A DNA stretch of 64,000 nt from Amphiscolops sp. MND2022 (lineage: Eukaryota). The position numbers and the translations under genes were made by a program. The stretch's first letter is position 1. The number at the start of each line of letters is the position of its first letter. The stretch spans positions 24,864,001 to 24,928,000 of the forward strand of contig OZ076409.1 in assembly GCA_964187785.1 (NCBI GenBank), read 5' to 3'. This document shows positions 27,234 to 37,507 of the stretch, piece after piece. Below the pieces are notes generated by a model, which saw nothing but the letters and a program-made list of their open reading frames with translations, was not told where the DNA came from and did no database searches.

Positions 27234-27403
27234 GTCTCCGGTAAATCGCATAGTGCCGAAAAACGTAAAAGAGGGCCCTTTGGGAGTTTTTGAACATCCA
27301 TGCTTTTGTAAAATAGAAAAAAAAGAAGGGGGACCCTTTGGAGACATTTAAAATATTTGCAAAAAAGTATCACAAAGCCGAAAAAATCCAGCAAAAAAAT
27401 TTT

Positions 27404-27450
27404 TGGTCAAGGGCCGGACTCGAACCCACGTCCTTCTGCTTGGCAGACCT
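27404..27450 (-). pseudogene. tRNA-derived 3' half (GCC anticodon-like loop, T-arm, CCA) embedded in the repeat; second copy at ~32350-32396
   Basis: The minus strand reads AGGTCTGCCAAGCAGAAGGACGTGGGTTCGAGTCCGGCCCTTGACCA, with B-box GGTTCGAGTCC and a terminal CCA. There is no intact 5' half. Confidence 0.55.
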
Positions 27451-29233
27451 CAAAAAAGCCGTAACCTATATGCCAAGTGCCAGTAGAAGTAGTGTGGCAC
27501 AGTTTAGTGTTAGTGCAAGTCAGCTTATAAAGCTTATAAAATCTGTCAGTTCGTTGGTCTTAAAAAAAGTCACTACTATAGTCTACGTTTTTCTACGAAA
27601 AAGCGCCGACTAAAAATAGCAAAAAGGCTTCAAAGTGTCAAGTATTCTCTTCTACAGTACCCGCATGAGGAAAAAATTGAAGAAAAATTCCGATTTTTTC
27701 ATTTTTTTGTTTGGTCCCGGTAAGTCGCATAGTGCCGAAAAATGTAAAAAGGGACCTCAAAAAAACCTAATTAACCTCTATTTCAAGTGCCAGTAGAAGT
27801 AGTGTGGCAGTTAGTGTTAATGCAAGTCAGCTTTTAAAGCTGATAAAATCTGTCACTTCGTTGGTCTTGAAAAAAAAAAAAAAGTCACTGCTATAGTCTG
27901 CGTTTTCTACGAAAGGCGCCGACTAAAAAAAACACTTCGAATGAAAAAAACAATCGGAGTCACAGAACAAAAGAATTAAGACGATAAACAAAAAGCTTAA
28001 CCGGATGCATTAGTTTTAGCAAGAAAGAGACAAGTTAAAGAAGAAGCAATAGAGAGAAAGACAAAGTTCTGAACAAAAAGGAGTACTTTAGAAGCAAAAG
28101 CCTTGAAAACTAGTGAATAGGCGATAAACGAAACCAAAAACCGTAGAAACAGATGCGGGGAGAATGCTAAACTGAAATAATTGCGGGCTCGCAGTTTCGG
28201 AACGAGAAGAAAAGCCGAAAAAAGGCGGAACAAGCAGTTGGAAAAGAAATTAGGGCAAAAGACAAACACTACTTGTGAGACCTAGACCATAAAAATGGAA
28301 AGCGAGATAGAATACTGAAAGATATGATTCTTGATTGGAAAACTCAAGTCGAGGAGGAAATTCGACGACGAAGATGAAATCCCGGAAAAAAACAGAGAAA
28401 CAAAAGCGGAGAACCAAAGAAATTAGGTGCATCTCAAGGAAAATCATATACGCACAAATTCCAATAGATCCGGAAAGTGACACATTTAAAATCGCCCCCC
28501 AGTTGGCGATACGATTTCTGAACCACTTCTAAGGGGTTCAAACAGAAACATTTTACCAACTGAATTGATTTGGAAGCATACCATTCACAGTCCACTCTAA
28601 AAGAACGATCAGGCGAAACAAGAAAGAAACAGAAATAAAATAGCGGTAATATTTCATTTCACATAGAAAAACCGCGCTGTTAACGTATACCGTTCACTCC
28701 AATATAATTCAGTTATTCACTTCAATTTATTCCACTGTGGTGTTTCCATTCTTTCTTTCCTCACTCTCAATTGCGTTTCCTTTTTCTTCTAATATTTGCG
28801 CCTGAGAATCAACCATATTCCCAAAAAATGAGTTTCAATGCATGTACTGTTCAATTCCAAGTCGATTAAATTATGTTGAAGGTATTGAATAATATTCTAC
28901 TGAAAACTAGTATGCTGTGTTTTGATGGCGACACAATCTTTTGGTATGAACGCGAATTTCGTGATTTTGGCCGTTCTCGTGATGGAGATGCGAGGAGATT
29001 ATGTGTCCAAATTTGGCAACTGACTGCGTCACAGGTAAGTTGAAGTCACAACGAGCTTGAAGTTGTTATTATTGGATCTATTACACTATCGTATCGAACA
29101 GATTAAAATACAGGGTCTCTCATTCCTTAACGTACTTGTTTCAACCATTTAAGTGTTTGTTCAGTTCAATGACGTATTTGTTTACTTCATTTCTGTAGCC
29201 AGGAAGTACCTCCCACTTTCTTCGTTATGAAGC

Positions 29234-31370
29234 ATGGGTGCTTGAGCAAAGTACTCCAATGAACAAAGAGAACTCGTAGTTCAGAATTACAATGCCGGAA
29301 AAGTTCCCACAGAAATCGCCCAATTACTTGCAATGCCAGTTCCATCAGTGGAAACAAAAATAAATGTTACCTGAAGGAAAAGAGGGTTCATCAAAAGCAA
29401 CGAGGAGGAAATCAGAACGGAACCGTGACAGTCTAAATTCGCGAATACATTCGGGGCCTTGTTGACGAAAAATGTGGCATTTCGCTGCGATTTATGCGCC
29501 TAAAAATGTTGAACATTTTGGCGTCTCTTTGTCTATTACTACAATTAACAGATGCTTCAAGAATTTTCACTATACTTTCAAAATAACAAATGTGGTTACT
29601 GAAAGAAGCCCGAGTGACGCCATTCAAAATGAACGACAAGAAAATTCAGAATATATCCAGGACCCTGTACTGACAAAACCGGCAAAAACAAACTTTTCCT
29701 ATACGATGTGAGATTCAGTGTGTGCATGAGATCCAGACATGGATGGGCATTAGCGGATACGTATACTGTTAGTTTTTGACAATGTTGACAAACTTTGAAT
29801 TCCGTTTTCTCTAGACCAGCCGTGAAAATGGACATTACAGTGCATAGGCAAACTATTTTGCTGCTTGTCGTGGAATCCGGGACACGAAAACTGAGAAAAG
29901 TCGTGGAATCCAGGACAAAATTTCCCTTTGATGTTAAGCGTGTCTTGGATTCCACGACAGTGCTTGTCCTGGATTCCACGCCAATACTGCTGCTATAATG
30001 ACGCTTTTGCCGCTGCTCTCTGATTGGTCCGCTGAATCTGATATATTAAAATTTCAATATTGACGTACTACCCCCTTTGGTAGCTGGTTTCCTACAATTC
30101 AACATATGTATGCGGTTTCCACGACACATGTATAAAAATATGGTCTTACTTTCCATAATATCTTTTCAGACGATTTTCGTTGCTATTAAAAGTCAGAGAT
30201 GCAAAATTAGTCCGTAATATCTTTCGTGCGAACAAAAATCTGGCCTATTAGCATAATAATATGAAAAAAGATTTTGTGTTATTTTGGTCCCAATCGTGAG
30301 TTAAAAAAGTACTCACGATTGGGACCAAAATTGTTCATGATTAATTTCACATTTGAATTACTTTTCTAGCCAAATTTCGTTGCTATTACAAATCAGCGAG
30401 ATAAATTATGCAACATGTCATCAAATAATGGCAGATTATGATGATGTGGCAGTTTGTTCAAAACTGGTACTAAACTTTGAAAATACGAAAATTTGTGTAA
30501 TATTGGCGTTTCAGTTTGAATCATTTTGAATAAAAATACGAAAAGTAGTGCATATTATTATGTTTGTTCAGTCTTCCACTTGAATTTAATTCAAGAAGAG
30601 ATGCCGCGTATCGCGTCAAGCATAAAGTCGTGGAATCCAGGAATTTTATTATTTCTGCAACCTGATTGGTTCGTTATGCAAAATTTACGTTTTTGTGGAA
30701 TCCGGGACAAAGCGGCATGCCGACAGTGCGTACAGGTGAGCATTTGTTACTGGAATCCACGACAAAATCCGTGGAATCTGGGACTTATGACGTAATTTGT
30801 CAATTTTGCACGGTTAGAGGTATGATCGTGGACTCCGAGGTATTGAAATCACGAAAGTGTGCTTTGAGCAAATTTAGCTTGCCTATGCACTCTAATGGAA
30901 AATCGGGAATATCAAAACCTGGCCACATAAGTCCTTGGCTCATCCAGGAAAAAATTTTGCTGAGAGAGACAAGTGGTAGTGATTTTTCCATTTATTCATA
31001 AAGTTTGAATACACAAGACCAAAATGCGAACACTGAAGACAGTCAAAAAGAGAGGGTTCCTCTTTCAATAACAAATTGTATATTGCATAATAACCTGTAT
31101 ATTTTAAGGCGAAATACTGCTGAAATCGGTTCCTGCAATTCGGTCGCGAAGTGTCAGTGTTTGTGCTGCAATCATTAGGTTTGGTGACAAATTGCACAAA
31201 AAGCAAGATTTCGCTTTCAACATCAATACGTTTCTGGCATTTCTGAAATGCCTCATAACTTTTTTGGAGGAGAGCAATCTAGAAAACTGTACAATTTTCA
31301 TGGACAAAAGTGTTTTTCATAAACAAGCCCAAGTTAAACTGTACTTTGAAAAGGCCGGACAAAATGGAAG
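29234..31370 (+). pseudogene. Fragmented IS630/Tc1-like DDE transposase, split by a ~1.3-kb insertion
   Basis: HTH-like QRELVVQNYNAGKVPTEIAQLLAMP; FLYDVRFSVCMRSRHGWALADT (first catalytic-D region). After the insertion it resumes VPAIRSRSVSVCAAI...AFNINTFLAFLKCL...TIFMDKSVFHK (MDNA.FHK-like). Confidence 0.75.
29838..30892. mobile_element. Tc1/mariner-type MITE nested in the transposase
   Basis: TA|CAGTGCATAGGCAAACTATTTTGCT ... AGCAAATTTAGCTTGCCTATGCACTC|TA. About 8 subterminal GTGGAATCC(A/G)GGACA-type repeats occur in both orientations. An internal hairpin with 21-bp arms lies at 30281-30331. Confidence 0.8.
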
Positions 31371-32032
31371 TACTACGTTCGCCGGGAAGAACCCAACAAC
31401 CACGAGCACTCACTGGACTTGATTAGAACGAGTGTTGAACGAATCAACTTCCAAAACTGTAACGGATCCTACCGGAATATGCTTCGAAATATGAGAAACC
31501 TCTAATCTGTTCTGATGTATTACCATCACATTCTCTTCTGTCAATATTTGTATATCCATATTTTGTGATTTAGTGATAACTGTAGCTATTGAATACGTCT
31601 TACTAAAAGTATATGTTATTGCAGTGCACCAATATGTAATCGAACTGAACAAACACGTAAGTGAATTTGACATCCACTTATTCGAACGATACATATACGT
31701 AACTGGTTGAAACGAGTACAGTAATGAATGAGAAACCCTGTATTGGAGACATTTTATTCGATTTTAAGCTCTATGATTTTCCTGGTTGGCAGTGTTGAAA
31801 AACCTAATTTCAACGAGAAAACTAGCTCAGTTACCCAATTCACACCAACTCCCGTTTTTGTAAATTTTACGAACGAAAATGTCCACCCTCGAAATTTGAA
31901 GATTCTACACTAATCAAGCGCTTTTTTTGAGAAAGTTGTGTTGTCGAAAACGAAGTTTCGAAATTTTGGTGGAATGTGTTGATTTGACCGGAAGTGTCCA
32001 AACTGAAGTGCTTCGTGGAAACTACTATTTGG

Positions 32033-32585
32033 AACAAGCCGGGAATGGCCCAAGTCGGCGCCATATCAAAGGCTGAAAAATACCAAAAGGACTTCAGAGT
32101 GTCAAGTACTTTCTTCTACAGAACCCGGATGAGGAAAAACATTTTCCTAATTTTGTTTTGAATTTTTTTTGAGGTCTCTGTTAAGTCGCATAGTGCCAAA
32201 AAATGTAAAAAGGGGCCCTTTGGGATGTTTTTAATATCCATTCCGTAGCAAAAAAGAAAAAAAATCGAAGGGGGACCCTTGGGAGACATTAAAAAAAATT
32301 TGCGAAAAAAGTCTCACAAAGCCGAAGTAACATGATGCACAAAAAATTTTGGTCAAGGGCGAGACTCGAACCCACGTCTTTCTGCTTGGCAGACCTCAAA
32401 AAATCCTATTTAACCTCTATGTCAAGTGCCAGTTGAAGTAGCAGTTTTGTGTGGCAGTTAGTGTTAGTGGGAGTCAGCTTATAAAGCTTTTAAAATCTGT
32501 CACTTCGTTGATTCTTAAAAAAAAAAAGAAAACAGAAAAGTCACTGCTATAGTGTGCGTTTTCTACGAAAAGCGTCGACTAAAAA
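32033..32585 (-). mobile_element. Short Helentron/DINE-1-like element (same family as 26668)
   Basis: AACAAGCCGGGAATGGCCCAAGTCGGCGCC ... GCGTTTTCTACGAAAAGCGTCGACTAAAAA. It is collinear with the 26668 copy but lacks the MITE. Confidence 0.8.
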
Positions 32586-33686
32586 TTTTAAATTTTGGAC
32601 ATCAATTGGTGATCTTTATAGTATCAGTGTAACTCTAGTTGAACTGAATACCAAAGTTTACCACCTTTTTAAATCCCAATCGTGGATAATTCATTTTCGA
32701 AATTATATCTCGTTTTTGGTTCCCAAGATTCTGGTTCTGACGCAATACTAGCCACAAATATTTCACTAACCACAAAAATTTTCAGTAATTTAGAATGAAG
32801 TATGACCAAGCTGAGAACAGCTAGAATTCGGCGCCCGCAACTGACTCAGACAGCGCAAGTTTTTTCAAATGAATTTGAAGACTGTATTCAAGTAAAACTT
32901 GAAAAGCGTGTGTCGAAATATTTTAGAATGGTTACCCTTCGTGCTCACAAAAAGTTTAAACGTAGGTGAAAACATCTCTAAGAAAAACAACGGAAACATA
33001 GTCCTAAAAAGGTTTAAAAACCTTTTGGAGAAAGGAAAAAGAGTTTGAAGAAAGTCAAACAGTGGAGGAAAAAATTAAAAGAGGCCTTTGATGTCATACA
33101 TGAATTAAAATGTTTTTACAAACTTAATGATAGCTGGAATTGAACGCCGTCCTGCTGCTTAAGAAGCCAACGCAGGTACTACTAGGCCAACTGCCAAATC
33201 CTATATCGGCCACCCTGACAGTTTCCTTCGCAATCTTGTCTGTCTTAATTAAAAGAAGGACTGTAATAGACCGGCGATTTTAGTCTTAATTAAAAGTGCC
33301 CAATAAAAATGATGTAATAGATTTCAATGAAAAATTTGAATCGTTGTTGAACGTCCTTTTTCTCTCCCAACACGTTAAAAGTTTCAACATGATGAATTGT
33401 GCCATAAATACATTTTAAAATTTTTTAAACACTTCAATTTACATCATTCCGATGACTTCCCATAGATTCATACAATCATATACTAATTAATAACATTTTC
33501 ACGCGAGTAGGGGAATGGTAATAATTCAGTTCAAAATAAGCTCAAAAACCGACTATGTGCTCTTTCTGATATCTCTACCGATTTCAATAAAAAACTATTT
33601 GACAAAGAAGCAACTAATATTTCTGAAGCCGCTGAACGTAAGTCATCAAAAAAGTAATATTATGAAGTGATTTATGAGAAGTTCTT

Positions 33687-34364
33687 TCAAAGAAGACCGA
33701 TTCGTAAAATGTATTTGTCATAACCTTCTTCATTTTCACTCTGTTCAGAATCTCCTGAACATTCTATTTGATGATTTGGAAGGTTATTTGTTGTCTTATT
33801 TAGTCTATGAAAATTCTCTCTTGAGTCTTGGACCTGCTGGCCAATTCTAATTTTATGCCGTCCATATGACCCTAGGTCCAAAGTCTGGTCCATTGGGACG
33901 TTTCTACTCGGATGCCGTCCATCTGACCGAAGGTCCAATTTTGCGTTTTTACAGTCCCTGTGATTTACTATGACAATTTCGATGCTCGGTAGTATTTTTT
34001 CATCGATGGCAGAGTTTATTACATCCATGATGTGGGAATTTAGGTCAGATTTCATTTCCTCTAATTTCCTTGACATCTGCGAAGAAATTTCTGAACTAAT
34101 TGCTCTGCTAGTTTCTACTGTAATTTCACTATTCTCACTCAAGTTTGTATTCAAAAGAGACCTATAGTTACTTTCTCCATGACTGAAATCTTGTTGCCGT
34201 CCATTTGACTCAGGGTCTATTTCTACTTGATCTACCGTGTTTTGATCCCTAATTTCGCTATTTGAGTAATTTCCGAGCATCACATCTAGATTTTCAATAT
34301 CAGACATTATGTCAGATTGTCTTGAACGTTTCTCTCTTGCTTTCTGCTTTCTAGTTGAAGGCAT
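33687..34364 (-). CDS. LTR-encoded gag-like N-terminus (MPSTRKQKAREKRSRQSDIMSDIENLDVMLG...EEGYD), running out of the LTR into flank
   Basis: ATG lies about 116 bp downstream of the TATA. About 216 codons are open up to the LTR end (TATGACA). Homologous to the ORF at 54456. Gag identity is inferred from position. Confidence 0.6.
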   Translation of the reverse strand: MPSTRKQKAREKRSRQSDIMSDIENLDVMLGNYSNSEIRDQNTVDQVEIDPESNGRQQDFSHGESNYRSLLNTNLSENSEITVETSRAISSEISSQMSRKLEEMKSDLNSHIMDVINSAIDEKILPSIEIVIVNHRDCKNAKLDLRSDGRHPSRNVPMDQTLDLGSYGRHKIRIGQQVQDSRENFHRLNKTTNNLPNHQIECSGDSEQSENEEGYDKYILRIGLL

Positions 34365-35265
34365 TTTCAAGGAATGGATTTGATTTCAACAGTGAATTGA
34401 TCAACAGTAACAAACCAAACAGTTTTGTATCGTAACGCTTTCAATGAATGAATGAATCCCTCTTTTTACAAATTCCGCGTATATATAGATTATACAGCAT
34501 GACACGCAATATTTTGCGTGTCAGGAACTAAATTTAGGGTGATATCATTCTAAATATAGCCCCGATTTCATTGTTAAGTCACTAGTTCTAAAAATAGACA
34601 GAGGGTTTTGACATTACGTCACACAAATGAAGAGATATAAATAGCATCAAACAAATAGTGGGTATCTTTACATGCATTCAAATTCAGGTTAAAATCAACC
34701 TTTCATGTATTGGCAATATCAATATTCAATGAAATTCTAAGTTTGACCATGCGTCAGCATGACTGCAATAATAGACTGGTACTTTACTCTGATTGGTCAA
34801 CAAGTACTTGTGACCACACGTCAATTTGACTGCAGTAGAGTACTAGTTAATTAGCTAAGAAAAGTGTTCTAAAGTACTCTTTAAACACCGTTTAACAGCA
34901 CTTGAGTTACTTGCTAAGTATTGCGGCGTTAACTAAGTGTTGTACTTTAGGTACAAATTAATTGCGAGTAATTTCATCAATGAGAAATTCTAAATAGTAA
35001 CAAATCAATAATAGCAATTGAATAAATACACAGATTGAATGCTGTCAGTTTGACCTTTGGTCTGAATAGCAATATCGAAATTGCATGTTTAGCGTTAATA
35101 ATTCGGTCATTACATGCATGAAACAAATGTTAAACAATCAGAATAGATGCTAAAGTTCGTTTCAAAGTTTGTCCTAGATAGGTAGTACCCCGGGGGCTGG
35201 TGGTGTCTCATTACCTTGTGGCATCATTTGGTATAGGATGCCGTCACAAGCGGCAGCTTGCGACA
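33716..35265 (-). repeat. 3' LTR (1550 bp)
   Basis: TG...CA ends, directly preceded by the PPT. No differences seen versus 47722-49271 (offset 14006). TATATATA at 34480-34487. Confidence 0.95.
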
Positions 35266-35998
35266 CTCCCCCCGGTACAAGTATGAACGTCCCTGCTTTC
35301 ATACCTGCCTGGAATGCATCACGTCTAGCAATCCGCTGCTCATAAGTTTCTCCTGGAATGTGTGTCTGTTCAAGGTACCCCAATGTTATTTCTTCTTTAA
35401 TATCCGCAGATGATTTCCCACAGATCACGCAACCAGTTTGGGTCGTCTCATTGGGTTGGCCACAGCTTCCCCCGACACTAATTCCGAGGCCCGTGATGTG
35501 TGAGTTGCCATACCATGAGTCTGTCAAACCTTGAGGTTGTGTAGGCTGGTAAGTATCAATTGAGGGTCCTTGGTCTTCTGGCGGAGGTGACCATGGGGAG
35601 TCCCGTATTGGGTTTAGCTGGCCACAATACGTTATTGGGTGGTCATCCGCATTTGAGCCATAAGAGGTTCTTGGGGGGCCCCCAACACACCAATCGAGCA
35701 AGTCTTGTGACGGGTCTGTAAAAGTGCTCACTGATCCGATTAGATCGTTATCTGGTATGTTCAGGTCGTTCAAGCAATGAGCTAATTCTGTAGTCATCGC
35801 CCGACCCGCGGTGAGTTGTGGAGGGAAAGGTATATTTTCACGATAACAAGCAAGAACGTGTATGTCGTCGTCCGAATCTTGTCCGTCAGGTCCGTCTGCA
35901 ATAGACACTGAGTCCACTTCCATTTCTTCATCAGATGACTGGTACGAAAGGCTTACTAGAGGTCTATCGTGTTCCTCCAAAGAAAATTGTAGAGACAT
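35174..35998 (-). CDS. Accessory 3' ORF (274 aa from MSLQFSLEE), function unknown, overlapping the PPT and U3
   Basis: Uninterrupted ORF, acidic and Pro-rich, with GCVICGK (CxxC). It is preceded by a branch-point/acceptor-like TGCTAA...TTCTACAAG|GAAATG. The last 30 codons lie inside the LTR, and a homologous tail is at ~3100-3179. Confidence 0.7.
   Translation of the reverse strand: MSLQFSLEEHDRPLVSLSYQSSDEEMEVDSVSIADGPDGQDSDDDIHVLACYRENIPFPPQLTAGRAMTTELAHCLNDLNIPDNDLIGSVSTFTDPSQDLLDWCVGGPPRTSYGSNADDHPITYCGQLNPIRDSPWSPPPEDQGPSIDTYQPTQPQGLTDSWYGNSHITGLGISVGGSCGQPNETTQTGCVICGKSSADIKEEITLGYLEQTHIPGETYEQRIARRDAFQAGMKAGTFILVPGGVSQAAACDGILYQMMPQGNETPPAPGVLPI
35266..35273 (-). other. Polypurine tract
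   Basis: GGGGGGAG immediately 5' of the 3' LTR TG on the minus strand. Confidence 0.85.
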
Positions 35999-36653
35999 TT
36001 CCTTGTAGAAACGTTGAATGAGAAGTTTTTTAGCAATTGTGGCAAACAAGGTTTGTAGCGACTGAGTTTTACAAAGTTTGGGAGGTAAATAATTTCCTGC
36101 TGTCTTCTTGACTTCAGGTCCAACCCCAATTTTGGCGGGGGTTGGGCGCGGGGTTTTCCCCGAATCATAGTTTTCACATTTCCTATTTAGGTTTCGGTTA
36201 AGAGTGGAGTCTCGAGTAATTTTCAAGTAATTTATCTGCGAAGCTTGTTAATTGCCTCTACAAGTTGTTTTACTTTATTCTTCAAAGGCGTCACTTGACA
36301 ATCTAAGTGTTGTCTCTCTTAATTCTTCGTCAACAATTAACTTGAAAGACCGTCGGTCCTTTCGACGGCAGCAATGATGATAACCAATCAAATAATACTG
36401 GATTGGTTGGTAAAATATGACGAATAATTTTAAGAATGTGAAATGAAGTAAATAATTTGATGCATTTTTTAGGTTTAGAGAGTGAAATAAAGTGAAACAA
36501 GTAAAGAAGCCCATGAATATTTCACTGGCAGATTCCATACCATGAACCATGAATAGTAGAATTTGATTAACATAAAGGAAGAGATGGTAACATAAGCGTA
36601 AATCTTACATGTGGCCACGACATCCAAATGATAGTCAAGGTAAGAGCAATAGA

Positions 36654-36728
36654 GATAATAATATTGATAATAATAATTGTACTGTTATTAGTAATAATAA
36701 TAGTAATAATAATAGTAATAATAATAAT
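36654..36728. repeat. Degenerate (ATA/GTA)n low-complexity tract inside the element
   Basis: GATAATAATATTGATAATAATAATT...GTAATAATAATAGTAATAATAATAGTAATAATAATAAT. Confidence 0.8.
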
Positions 36729-37507
36729 GAGGATTTTGGACTGTAAGTTAATGGTGAGAATCAGCAATTAGTAGGAGTAGTAGTTGGAGAGTGAAGTTAG
36801 TGAGAGGAGAAGTGTACTAGATATCAATTAAAGTTGTGCCGTCGAGATGACTCATAGTCCAACATATTGGTAGTGGTTAATAATACTCAATCGCGAACTA
36901 GTAACACACTGCCGTCAAGTTGACGTTACGTCCACAGCTCTGTGCTTTGCGTTAAAGACTATTGCCTTCATCAATTGTTTCCTCTTGTAGTATCACTTGA
37001 GCTAGACTGTATTACCTAGTAATCAGGATAGTCTCTCTGACCTTGAGCAACAAATTGATTCAGTCTTAATTTCGCCTTTTCCTAACCTTTCCCCAACATA
37101 AATTCACAAATTTTGCTTGCTTTAATTTGAATTGATATCCTCAAATTCCACTTTTCTTCTTTATTTTTCATCCAGGTGATCTTACTTCACTACAAGGCTC
37201 TCCAGACACAAATTCCGTGTGAAAGAATTTGGCAAATTCCTGTTCGTCTATTTTACTAACAAACGTCTGGGATTACATTGCGAAGTCAAACAAAATTCAT
37301 CTTCAACAGCGTACAACAATTGGTCACATCAATTCTGTTGATCGAATATGGATTCAACATCAGGTTGGTTCTTTTGAAAGTGTTAAAATTAGGCTTGATC
37401 AGGGCTCATAATTCTAACTAAGTTACTTCCTCCATCGTGAAATGTTTGCTGTCAGCATGAACATTGTGTCAAAAGTATTTCCGGAAATATTTATTGAGCG
37501 CGGCTAG

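Larger units (their letters stand above)
26668..27929 (-). mobile_element. Short Helentron/DINE-1-like element with a partial tandem second unit and an internal hAT MITE
   Basis: One end is AACAAGCCGGGAACGGCCCAAGTCGGCGCC (hairpin GCCG-GGAA-CGGC, sub-TIR AGTCGGCGC). The other end is CGTTTTCTACGAAA(A/G)GCGCCGACTAAAAA, present twice (near 27610 and 27925). Confidence 0.75.
29111..31740 (+). mobile_element. Decayed IS630/Tc1/mariner DNA transposon with nested insertion(s)
   Basis: TA|CAGGGTCTCTCATTCC...TTGTTTCAACC at 29111 and the inverted GGTTGAAACGAG...GAATGAGAAACCCTG|TA ending at 31740 (TA TSD). Confidence 0.85.

Noticed and set aside
29860..30790. Spaced GTGGAATCC repeats as a CRISPR-like array
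   Set aside because: Eukaryotic context, irregular spacing, both orientations and enclosure by TIRs indicate MITE subterminal repeats.
35999..36226. N-terminal 76 aa of the tracked 350-aa ORF
   Set aside because: It starts at a non-ATG codon. The first ATG (35998) follows an acceptor-like site, so the extension is probably non-coding.
36275..36767. Small hydrophobic ORFs (91 aa and 66 aa poly-Ile) as a possible env/TM protein
   Set aside because: Hydrophobicity comes from the ATT/ACT low-complexity tract. The frames are separated by stops and show no env features.
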